This document shows positions 9,417-17,011 of a stretch of DNA of 40,560 nucleotides, piece after piece. The DNA lies in the NCBI GenBank assembly GCA_043756885.1, contig JAYUQF010000146.1, positions 1 through 40,560 of the forward strand, in the 5' to 3' direction. Under the pieces are notes generated by a model. It was not told the origin of the DNA. It was given only the letters and a program-made list of their open reading frames with translations, and searched no databases. Numbering within the stretch: the stretch's first letter is position 1; each line of letters begins with the position of its first letter. Origin of the DNA: Pseudomonadota bacterium (GTDB lineage Bacteria; Pseudomonadota; Gammaproteobacteria; Ga0077536). The position numbers and the translations under genes were made by a program.

Positions 9417-9425
9417 CAGCAAGGC

Positions 9426-10052
9426 TTAATCGGCGTCCTTCGCCCGACTCAAAACCGCGATCATTTTCACCGGCAGGCTGATTAATTCTTCCGGGCCATG
9501 GGCAGCCTCGGCGTCAAAAAACAATGAGTCGCCGGCTTTTAAGTGATAAGTCCCGCGGCCATGCCGATAGAGCACTTCGCCAGCGAGGATGTAGAGGAAC
9601 TCCACGCCGGTGTGCTGAAAGAGCGGAAAGACCTCAGATTTGTCGGTCAAGGTGATGAGATAGGGTTCAACCGTCAAATGACTGCGGATGTTATGGCCGA
9701 GCAGGCGGTATTCGTGCCCGGCGCGGGTGCCTGCCCGTTCAATGACCAAGCCCTCGCCGGCCCGCACATAGGCGCAGTCCCGTTGTTCTTCATATCTGCG
9801 AAAGAAAGCGGTGACCGGCACGTTCAAGGCCGCCGCAACTGCCGTGAGGGTGCTCAATGACGGCGAACTCACGCCGCGTTCGATTTTAGACAGCATACCG
9901 ACCGACAAGCCGGCGAGGTGCGCAACCTCAGCCATGGTGACATCAAGCTGTTTGCGAAATTCGCGCATCTGCGCGCCGATAGCCTCGGCCAGACGCCGTT
10001 CGTCAGCTTTCATAACGCCGGCGAGTGCGGGGGATTGTTCGGACTGTGACAT
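9426..10052 (-). CDS. XRE-family HTH transcriptional regulator with C-terminal cupin domain
   Basis: ORF 9426..10142 trimmed to the ATG at 10052 (MSQSEQSP...). HTH segment MAEVAHLAGLSVGMLSKIERGVSSPSLSTL; cupin segment GVEFLYILAGEVLYRHG...GDSLFFDAEAAHG. Confidence 0.88.
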   Translation of the reverse strand: MSQSEQSPALAGVMKADERRLAEAIGAQMREFRKQLDVTMAEVAHLAGLSVGMLSKIERGVSSPSLSTLTAVAAALNVPVTAFFRRYEEQRDCAYVRAGEGLVIERAGTRAGHEYRLLGHNIRSHLTVEPYLITLTDKSEVFPLFQHTGVEFLYILAGEVLYRHGRGTYHLKAGDSLFFDAEAAHGPEELISLPVKMIAVLSRAKDAD

Positions 10053-10118
10053 GGTTACGTCCTGATCTGCAGGCTGCCAGGCCTTCTTATAGTCGAGCCT
10101 GCCCACGCAGGCAACGCG

Positions 10119-10200
10119 ATGGTCCGAATTCATGCGGACCATCGTGCTGGAGCGGGTCGCGGGAACCTCTGTGTACTGTCCGAATGAATTCGGACCTGCG
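10119..10200. repeat. REP-like palindromic unit pair (same family as 4801-4882)
   Basis: ATGGTCCGAATTCATGCGGACCAT (10119-10142) and, on the opposite strand, CGCAGGTCCGAATTCATTCGGACA (10177-10200). Confidence 0.8.
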
Positions 10201-10248
10201 GGAGGAGCATGGATGACACAGGTGGTTCATGAATTCAGTAAATTAATC

Positions 10249-10277
10249 TTGACTTAAAAAAACTAAATAACTAGTAA
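10249..10277 (+). promoter_or_regulatory. putative sigma70-type promoter abutting the ArsR start codon (possible leaderless mRNA)
   Basis: TTGACT (10249-10254), a 17-nt A/T-rich spacer, then TAGTAAT (10272-10278). The ATG at 10285 follows about 7 nt later with no Shine-Dalgarno sequence. Confidence 0.3.
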
Positions 10278-10284
10278 TGTAGTC

Positions 10285-10596
10285 ATGAATAAAAAATATA
10301 TGCGCGCCTTGCCCACCGCCTGGCAAAAAACTGCTGCGGTATTCATGGCGCTGGGCGATGCGCATCGGCAGCGCATTCTGTTGACCTTTGACAAAAACGA
10401 GTGCCTCACCATCACTCAGATAACCGCCATCGCGCCGTTATCGCGCACTGCGGTCACCCACCATGTGCGTCTGCTCGCGCAGGCGGGCATTCTGTCCAGT
10501 GAAAAGCAAGGCCGTGAAGTGTTTTTTCATATCGATAAAAAAATCTTGAAAGGCACACTGCAAACTGTGGTCAGTTATATCAATGCCAATGTGTAA
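10285..10596 (+). CDS. ArsR/SmtB-family winged-helix transcriptional regulator
   Basis: 103 aa with FMALGDAHRQRILLTF...LTITQITAIAPLSRTAVTHHVRLLAQAGIL. Locally AT-richer than its neighbours. Confidence 0.85.
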   Translation: MNKKYMRALPTAWQKTAAVFMALGDAHRQRILLTFDKNECLTITQITAIAPLSRTAVTHHVRLLAQAGILSSEKQGREVFFHIDKKILKGTLQTVVSYINANV

Positions 10597-10641
10597 GCGG
10601 CATGTGGCGTTCGACACCTTCCCCGCCAGGAGCAATCTGAA

Positions 10642-13167
10642 ATGACCGGATTGGCATTTTTATGTGGCATCGCGATGCTGTTCATCAGCCTGCTGGCCTA
10701 TGAGAGTGAAGACGGCGGCGCACGCTTGCGCGATTCCCAGCGTGGTTTATGGACTTGGCTGATAGCGGACAACTGGCCGGCCAAGGTCGGCGGTGCGCTG
10801 CTGGTGATCGGCCTCGGCGCGTTGCTGCGTTATACGCTGCTGCATGCCCGCCTGCCGCCAGACATGAAACTTTCCGCTGGCGTGGTGCAGGCGGCAGTGC
10901 TGGGTTATCTGTCTTACCGATTGCATGCTTTGCCCGCGCGACGGAGTCTGTTTCTGGCGCTGGCAGGGGCGGCAGGCGGCGTGGCTTACCTCACCGCTTA
11001 CAGTGCGTTTGCCTTGTTCGGGTATCTCAATAATATCGCTGGGCTGACGCTGCTGGTCTTGGTCTGCGCCGCAGTAGCGGTATTTGCGGTGTGTGCGCAG
11101 GCCGCATCGATGGCGGTGCTCGCGATGTTGGGTGCTTATGCCGCCCCGGCTTTTGGTCTCGGCGAGCCGGGGCCGTTGGTCGTATTCGGCTATTACTTCG
11201 CCTGCAGTAGCTTGGTGATGGTGCTGGTGATGGCACGCGGGTGGCGTGCACTTATCCACTTGAGCTTTTTATTTACGCTGGCCGGCTCGATCTTTTTTGG
11301 CTGGACAGCGCACTACTACCAGCCCGAGCACTACGCGGTCATGCAGCCACTGCTGTATCTGCTGGTGGCATTGCATATCGCTATGCCGATCGTTGAGCGC
11401 CGCGCCACTATCTTTGCCGCAGTGCCATCAACAAGCGATTGGCCGGACCGCCTGGACCAAGGCTATTTTGTAGCCTTGCCGATGGTGGCGGTGATCCTCA
11501 CCTATTGCATCGCGCCCCACATCGCGCCGCAAGCGGCATGGGGCACTGCCGGCTTGGCCGCGTTGTGGGCGGTGGCGGGTGCAGCGGTTTTTGTCAATCG
11601 ACGTGAAGCACTGCGTTACGGCATTGTTGCGCTCTTGCTTGTTACCGCGGCACTGCTGGCGGGTTTTAATGACATTCCCGGCACGCTCATTGTGTTGTTC
11701 GCGATGGCGGTACTGCTGACTATCGCGGTGCGCTTGCAGCTGCCCGAAACCGTTGCAGGGTTAGCGAGTTTTTTGGTCACCCTGCTGGCAGCGTTGTACG
11801 TCGTGCAGTCGATGTTCGAGCATGGCAGCGGCACAATGTTCTTTAATGCGTGGTTTGGCCAGCGCGCCGTGGCGGTCGCTATCGTGGCGTGGTGTGCGTG
11901 GTTGCGTGATCGGCAGGCGCCGGGTTATGCGCGGCTGCTGTACTCAATCGCGGCGGTGTTGTTATTCGAAAGTATCGTTATCGAACTGTTGCGCTGGCAG
12001 TTGCGCATTACTGCTGAACTGCTGCACGCCCTGGCGGTGGCGGCCGTTGTGGTGGCGGCTTATCGTGCTGAGCGTTGGTCCAGCGCCGCGCGCGTGGTGT
12101 GGGTGGCCACGCCGGTGTTGTGGCTGTCGGCGCTGTGGGCAGCAGAGGCTGACACAAACTACGCGACGGTTTTGGTGATGGTGCTTTTTGCCGCAGATGC
12201 GCTGGCGCTGGCTTATGCCGCGCGACGTTTTGCCGGCACCTCGCGCACCCACGACAATACCGCGATGTTGTTGTTGATTGCGCTGCCGCTGCTGGCAGCG
12301 ACGTGGACACCCGAGCTTTTCCCGTGGTTAGAGCAGGGTGCGGGGTTCAGGCTAATGAGTGTCGTGAGTTTCGCGACCCTCGCTATGTGCCTGTTTGCGA
12401 CGCGCATCGAATGGTTGGACGAGCGCTGGAAACAAAACGCGTTGCCGGCGCTGTTCTGGTTCAACGGCTTTCTGCTCGGTGCCATCACGCTGTGTCATAT
12501 CGCCCGTGGCCTGTGGCCGGCACTCTACGAACTGTCGACCCTGGCCTTGCTCGCCACGCTGTATTGGTTGCTGCGGGTGTCCGAGCAAGCGCGATGGCGC
12601 GGTATCGTGACCCTGATTGGCGCAGCGTTAGTGTTGCAGGCCGGGCTGCTGCGCCTGCTGACACCCGCCTTGGCCGATCACGAAGTGCTGAGTGTGCTCG
12701 ATGTTACGGCCATGAGATTGCCAGCCGTGTTGTCCCTGGTGTGGGCCATGCTCGGCGCAGCGCTTGCACTGTGGAGTGGCCGCACGGGTCTGCGCAGCAC
12801 CTGGACGGCGGGCTCGATCTTGATGGCGGTAGCAGCCGGCAAGTTGGTCTTGTTGGATTTTGGTTCGCTGGGTGAGCTTGGCAATATTCTCGCGTTGATC
12901 GCAGCCGGTGGTGTATTTCTGCTGGTCGCGTGGCTGGTACCCATGCCGCCCCGCGGCACGCCAAGTCCGGCTCCGCTGAGTACGCCGCCATCCGCAGGTC
13001 ATGGCAATGACACGCCGGTGGGCAGCGTAACAAGTGCCCCGGACGGCCCTAAGCCACGCGCGCCGAGTCTTGAATTTGGGGCTTTAAATTTGCGGCCACG
13101 TGCAGTCGCCAGCGCTAACCCTCCAGCACCAACGGCGAGTACAGACGCGGGCACTCAACCACCCTGA
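10642..13167 (+). CDS. large polytopic inner-membrane protein of unknown function (DUF2339-like) with a Pro/Ala/Ser-rich C-terminal tail
   Basis: 841 aa with an AGGAG Shine-Dalgarno sequence. More than 20 hydrophobic helices by eye. The last ~70 aa are low-complexity (PPRGTPSPAPLSTPPSAG...NPPAPTASTDAGTQPP). The family name is from memory of the architecture only. Confidence 0.7.
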   Translation: MTGLAFLCGIAMLFISLLAYESEDGGARLRDSQRGLWTWLIADNWPAKVGGALLVIGLGALLRYTLLHARLPPDMKLSAGVVQAAVLGYLSYRLHALPARRSLFLALAGAAGGVAYLTAYSAFALFGYLNNIAGLTLLVLVCAAVAVFAVCAQAASMAVLAMLGAYAAPAFGLGEPGPLVVFGYYFACSSLVMVLVMARGWRALIHLSFLFTLAGSIFFGWTAHYYQPEHYAVMQPLLYLLVALHIAMPIVERRATIFAAVPSTSDWPDRLDQGYFVALPMVAVILTYCIAPHIAPQAAWGTAGLAALWAVAGAAVFVNRREALRYGIVALLLVTAALLAGFNDIPGTLIVLFAMAVLLTIAVRLQLPETVAGLASFLVTLLAALYVVQSMFEHGSGTMFFNAWFGQRAVAVAIVAWCAWLRDRQAPGYARLLYSIAAVLLFESIVIELLRWQLRITAELLHALAVAAVVVAAYRAERWSSAARVVWVATPVLWLSALWAAEADTNYATVLVMVLFAADALALAYAARRFAGTSRTHDNTAMLLLIALPLLAATWTPELFPWLEQGAGFRLMSVVSFATLAMCLFATRIEWLDERWKQNALPALFWFNGFLLGAITLCHIARGLWPALYELSTLALLATLYWLLRVSEQARWRGIVTLIGAALVLQAGLLRLLTPALADHEVLSVLDVTAMRLPAVLSLVWAMLGAALALWSGRTGLRSTWTAGSILMAVAAGKLVLLDFGSLGELGNILALIAAGGVFLLVAWLVPMPPRGTPSPAPLSTPPSAGHGNDTPVGSVTSAPDGPKPRAPSLEFGALNLRPRAVASANPPAPTASTDAGTQPP

Positions 13168-13185
13168 GCAAACAAACTGCGGCGT

Positions 13186-13686
13186 TTAAAGCGCTGGTTT
13201 GGCGATCGCAGCAACTTGCGCGCGGCTGACGTGCACGAGATCAGCAGCACTCAGTTCCAACGTGCGGGTGCGCAAGCCGGCGCCACAACGCAACCAGGTC
13301 TGTGCCAGCACTGCGCAGTCCACCACCACTTCGATATGGGGCTGCACAGCAAAGGGGCCGAGTCCACCCACTGCAAAACCCAGCTCGCTTTCGACCCGCG
13401 CTGCGGGGATCAGCCGCAACGCGCGACGATTACAACCGAGCACAGCGCTCAATTGTTTGTAATCAACTTGAGCTGCGTGTTGAACCGCCGCGAGCACCGT
13501 GCGGCCACCCGCTTCGATCTCGAAGGCAATGGTCTTGATCAGATTTTCCAACAAATGCGGCGCGCGCTGCGCGGCTTCATCGATAGTGCGTATCTCGCCA
13601 TGCTCGTGCACACGATGGGCGATGTTGGCCGCAGTGAGCAGGCTTACGATGTGTTCGAAGATTTCTGGCATGGTCGGTTTGTGCAC
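13186..13686 (-). CDS. YbaK/EbsC-type aminoacyl-tRNA deacylase domain protein
   Basis: IKTIAFEIEAGGRTVLAAV...VDYKQLSAVLG...GFAVGGLGPF matches the YbaK-like pattern. The ORF start is a GTG at 13686; an alternative ATG lies at 13671. Confidence 0.75.
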   Translation of the reverse strand: MHKPTMPEIFEHIVSLLTAANIAHRVHEHGEIRTIDEAAQRAPHLLENLIKTIAFEIEAGGRTVLAAVQHAAQVDYKQLSAVLGCNRRALRLIPAARVESELGFAVGGLGPFAVQPHIEVVVDCAVLAQTWLRCGAGLRTRTLELSAADLVHVSRAQVAAIAKPAL

Positions 13687-13826
13687 GCACGTAGTCAGTC
13701 ACCAGTCTGACCGCTCTACGTGGCGGTGTGTAGTGCGCACTATTGGCCAGCGATACGTTACACGCCGGCCACTACTCGTCGTAACATGGCACATCGATAA
13801 CTCAGTTTCATTGCAAGGGGCACCCT

Positions 13827-15044
13827 GTGGCAGCAATTGATCTCAATAACCTCTGGCGTCAGGACACACCGGGCAGCGCTGCCTGGCCACGTTCGCCGCA
13901 GCCCGCGAGCGCCAACAAATATTTCATGGTGTCGGCCGACTGCCACGTGCAGGAACCCAATGATTTTCTCAGTGCGCGCATGGATAAAAAATTCCAGGAC
14001 CGCCTGCCCGGTATTGTGTTGGGTGGCGACGGCAGCAAACTGCAGAAGAGCGAAGGTTTTCGCCCCATCCGCATCGGCAGTTTCACCCTCGAAGGCGAGG
14101 ATCTCGAACGCAGCTTGTCGGGTAAAACACCCGAGCAGCGTCTGGCGGCGCAGGCACGCGATGGCATTGACTGCGAGATCATGTTTCCCAACAAGGGTTT
14201 GACTATCTGGGCCACGCCGGACGTCGAATTCAGTCAAGCAATGTGTCGCGCTTACAACGACTGGGCGTGGGAAACGTTTGCCTCTCACAATGATCGCCTG
14301 GCGCCTATGGCCTGCATCGCGAGCGCTGACATCGCAGGGGCCATCCGTGAAGTGCAACGCGCCGCCAAGCGCGGCTTTCGGGGTTTATCGCTGCCATGTA
14401 AACCGGTGTGGGGTGCGCCCGATCACGAGCACGTCAACTACAACTTGCCGGTATTTGATCCGCTATGGGCTGCTGTGTGTGATTGTGATCTGCCCATCAC
14501 CTTTCACGTGTCGACCGGGCGCGACCCGCGTACTGCGCGCGGCAATGGTGGTGCGATTATCAATTACGCGGTGCATTCCCTGGCGCCGACCATGGAGCCG
14601 CTGGTGAATCTGTGTTCCGCGGGTGTCATCGAGCGTTTTCCTAAACTTGTTTTTGGCAGTATCGAAGCCGGCATCGGCTGGGTGCCATGGATGCTGACGG
14701 CCATGGACGAGGCCTATCACAAGCACCATATGTGGGTAAGACCCAAACTTAAAACATTGCCCAGCGATTATTTCCGCAGCAACGGTTTTGCGAGTTTTGG
14801 TGAAGATGCACCGGGTCTTGATCTGATGCGCTCCCATGGGCTGTGCAATAACTTTCTGTGGGCTAACGACTTTCCCCATCATGAAGGCACCTGGCCCCAT
14901 TCTGCGGCGGCGGTTGAACGCACCATGGGCGGGCTCGATGATGGTGAGCGGGCCAAAGTTCTTGGTTTGAATGCAGCGCGGATTTTTAAATTCGATATTC
15001 CGCAACGCTATCGCGATTTTGCCGACGTGGCAGCGCTGGCCTGA
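13827..15044 (+). CDS. amidohydrolase-2 (ACMSD/LigW-like metal-dependent hydrolase/decarboxylase) family protein
   Basis: GTG start with an AAGGGG Shine-Dalgarno sequence. VSADCHVQEPNDFL N-terminal metal-site motif, WANDFPHHEG near the C-terminus, 405 aa. Confidence 0.8.
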   Translation: MAAIDLNNLWRQDTPGSAAWPRSPQPASANKYFMVSADCHVQEPNDFLSARMDKKFQDRLPGIVLGGDGSKLQKSEGFRPIRIGSFTLEGEDLERSLSGKTPEQRLAAQARDGIDCEIMFPNKGLTIWATPDVEFSQAMCRAYNDWAWETFASHNDRLAPMACIASADIAGAIREVQRAAKRGFRGLSLPCKPVWGAPDHEHVNYNLPVFDPLWAAVCDCDLPITFHVSTGRDPRTARGNGGAIINYAVHSLAPTMEPLVNLCSAGVIERFPKLVFGSIEAGIGWVPWMLTAMDEAYHKHHMWVRPKLKTLPSDYFRSNGFASFGEDAPGLDLMRSHGLCNNFLWANDFPHHEGTWPHSAAAVERTMGGLDDGERAKVLGLNAARIFKFDIPQRYRDFADVAALA

Positions 15045-15047
15045 ACA

Positions 15048-16229
15048 TTGATAGCGCGTACCTTGCGCGGTCGCGCCGCGGTTGTTGGCATCGGCGAGAC
15101 CACCTACTACAAACGCGGGCAAGCGCCCACCGCTGAATTCAAGTTGGCACTGGAGGCCATCGTCACGGCTTGTGAAGACGCCGGTATTCACCCGCGGGAG
15201 ATCGACGGCTTTGCATCGTTCAGTAATGAGCGCAACGATCCGTCGCAGTTAAGTGCTGCGCTTGGTTGCCGCGAACTGCGTTATTCCACTATGCAGTGGG
15301 GCGGCGGCGGTGGTGGTGGCTCGGCCGCGATTGGCAACGCGGCAGCGGCCATCAACAGCGGCACGGCGGAGTGTGTGGTGGTATTTCGTGCCCTGGCCCA
15401 GGGCCAATTCGGCCGTTTTGGTCAGGGCCCGCAGGCCCTGGGTGTGAGTGGTCATGCGGCCCACACCGTGCCTTATGGTCTGATGTCGCCGGCGCAGATG
15501 TTTGCCATGAAGGTCAAGCGCTTCATGCATGATTATGGCGTAAGCCAGGATGCACTACGTGCGATCGCACTGGCCAGTTACCACCACGCGCAAAACAATC
15601 CGCGTGCCGTGATGTTCGGGCGGCCACTGGACGAGGCCAGCTACGATGCTTCGCGCTGGATCACCGAGCCTTTTCATCTCTATGACTGCTGTCTTGAAAA
15701 CGATGGTGCGGCGGCCATGATCCTGGTTAGTGCCGAACGTGCCAAAGACTTCAAACATGAGGCCTGTTATGTACTCGCGGCGGTGGCTGGCAGCGATCAT
15801 CGCGCCGGTGCAACCGTGCACAACGCGCCCGACTACGGCAGTGCAACGTTCAAAACTGTGGCGCCACGCTTGTATCGCATGGCCGGCCTCGGGCCCAGTG
15901 ACATCGATGTCCTGCAGAGCTATGAAAATTTCACCGGTGGTGTGCTGATGAGCATCGTTGAGCACGGCTTCTGCAAGGCGCAGGAGTGCAACGATTTTTT
16001 TAAGCTGGATAATCTGCTGGCACCCGATGGCGACCTGCCGCTCAATACCAGCGGAGGTAATCTCGCCGAGTGTTATATGCATGGCCTGGGTCTGAACATC
16101 GAAGCCGTGCGGCAGATCCGCGGCACCTCCACGGCGCAGGTCGCGCGTGTTGAGGTGTCGATGGTGACATCCGGGCCGATGGTCACCCCGGTCAGTAGTT
16201 GTATCTTCGGCAGCGAGGCGACTCTGTGA
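15048..16229 (+). CDS. thiolase-like (SCP2/lipid-transfer-type) protein lacking the nucleophilic Cys
   Basis: AAVVGIGETTYYKRG N-terminus and NTSGGNLAECYMHGLG C-terminal thiolase motif. The loop that normally carries the active-site Cys reads WGGGGGGGSAAIGNAAAAINSG (Gly7 encoded at 15300-15320). TTG start 3 nt after the amidohydrolase stop. Confidence 0.8.
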   Translation: MIARTLRGRAAVVGIGETTYYKRGQAPTAEFKLALEAIVTACEDAGIHPREIDGFASFSNERNDPSQLSAALGCRELRYSTMQWGGGGGGGSAAIGNAAAAINSGTAECVVVFRALAQGQFGRFGQGPQALGVSGHAAHTVPYGLMSPAQMFAMKVKRFMHDYGVSQDALRAIALASYHHAQNNPRAVMFGRPLDEASYDASRWITEPFHLYDCCLENDGAAAMILVSAERAKDFKHEACYVLAAVAGSDHRAGATVHNAPDYGSATFKTVAPRLYRMAGLGPSDIDVLQSYENFTGGVLMSIVEHGFCKAQECNDFFKLDNLLAPDGDLPLNTSGGNLAECYMHGLGLNIEAVRQIRGTSTAQVARVEVSMVTSGPMVTPVSSCIFGSEATL

Positions 16230-16663
16230 GCACGCCTTATCTCAAGCCCGGTTTGCCCATGCCCGTGGCCACTGATCTCGACCGTCCGTTCTGGGAAGGA
16301 TTGTGTGCGGGCCGATTGTTATTGCAGCGCTGTCGCGCCTGCCATCGTTTTCAGTGGGGCCCGGAGTGGATCTGCCATCGCTGTCTGAGCTTTGACTACG
16401 ACTATGTTGAAGTGCCGCCAGAAGGGCGCCTGTACAGCCATCAACGAGTCTGGCACCCGGTGCACCCAGCCCTTGCCACGCAGGGCGCTTATGTCATCGC
16501 ACTGGTTGAGATCCCCCACGCCGACAATATCCGCCTCGTGGGCAACTTGCTCGGCGATCCGCAACAGCCCTTGGTGATCGGTACAGAACTCGAGGCGGTG
16601 TTCGAGCAACATCCCCACGCCGATCCGCCGTTTGCATTGTTGCAGTGGCAAGTGCTGACATGA
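16226..16663 (+). CDS. Zn-ribbon/OB-fold DUF35-family protein (thiolase-like partner subunit)
   Basis: The GTG start overlaps the upstream stop (GTGA) and has a GAGG Shine-Dalgarno sequence. Four-Cys ribbon CRACHRFQWGPEWICHRC followed by an OB-fold-like region. Confidence 0.8.
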   Translation: MSTPYLKPGLPMPVATDLDRPFWEGLCAGRLLLQRCRACHRFQWGPEWICHRCLSFDYDYVEVPPEGRLYSHQRVWHPVHPALATQGAYVIALVEIPHADNIRLVGNLLGDPQQPLVIGTELEAVFEQHPHADPPFALLQWQVLT

Positions 16664-17004
16664 CGCTGCAGCACGCAAAACTCACTGCGCTGCTCTTGCC
16701 GCTATTGGCGCTCAGCGCGCAGGCCGAGATCACCGCACTGGAATTGGCCGAGACCTGCAGCCGGGCCCTGGCAGAAAACTACGCTGGACTCGATGCCGAA
16801 GCCTGCAATTGGTATGTGGCACCGTGTCCGGTGTGCGGCCCCGGCGCCGCCTTCGAGGCCGAGTGGTGCGCGCCACCTGGCGAGCCGGTGAGCACTATCG
16901 CATCTCGCGCCGCAGCGGCTTTACGGGCGCGACCCGACGCCGCCCATGAACCGGCGCGGGCGGCGCTCAAAGACATTCTCAGTCGCGCTTATCCGTGTCG
17001 ATAA
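16660..17004 (+). CDS. small exported Cys-containing protein, Rap1a/Tai4 immunity-protein-like
   Basis: The ATG overlaps the DUF35 stop (ATGA). Signal peptide MTLQHAKLTALLLPLLALSAQA. The pattern ...C..A......C.WYV....C.PPG.PVSTI......L...PD..HEPA..AL.DILS.AYPC resembles the Rap1a/Tai family as I remember it. Confidence 0.5.
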   Translation: MTLQHAKLTALLLPLLALSAQAEITALELAETCSRALAENYAGLDAEACNWYVAPCPVCGPGAAFEAEWCAPPGEPVSTIASRAAAALRARPDAAHEPARAALKDILSRAYPCR

Positions 17005-17011
17005 ACGGCCC

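Noticed and set aside
9254-9425. A sigma-54 (-24/-12) promoter upstream of mgsA, candidate CTGGAATTTTCATATTGG on the minus strand
   Set aside because: The GG-to-GC spacing is off by two and the -12 element is TTGG rather than TTGC. No enhancer-binding-protein gene lies nearby.
10747-13033. Multiple 90-190-aa ORFs in both orientations within the large membrane-protein gene
   Set aside because: All of them overlap the single 841-aa frame, which has coherent hydrophobic periodicity. The alternatives are Arg/Pro/His-rich.
13758-14357. A 199-aa minus-strand ORF antisense to the amidohydrolase gene (also 14463..15191 and 15555..16082, antisense to the amidohydrolase and thiolase genes)
   Set aside because: These ORFs lie wholly or largely inside well-supported sense genes. 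Their composition is Arg/Gly/Ala-rich with no motifs. They are typical shadow ORFs of GC-rich coding DNA.
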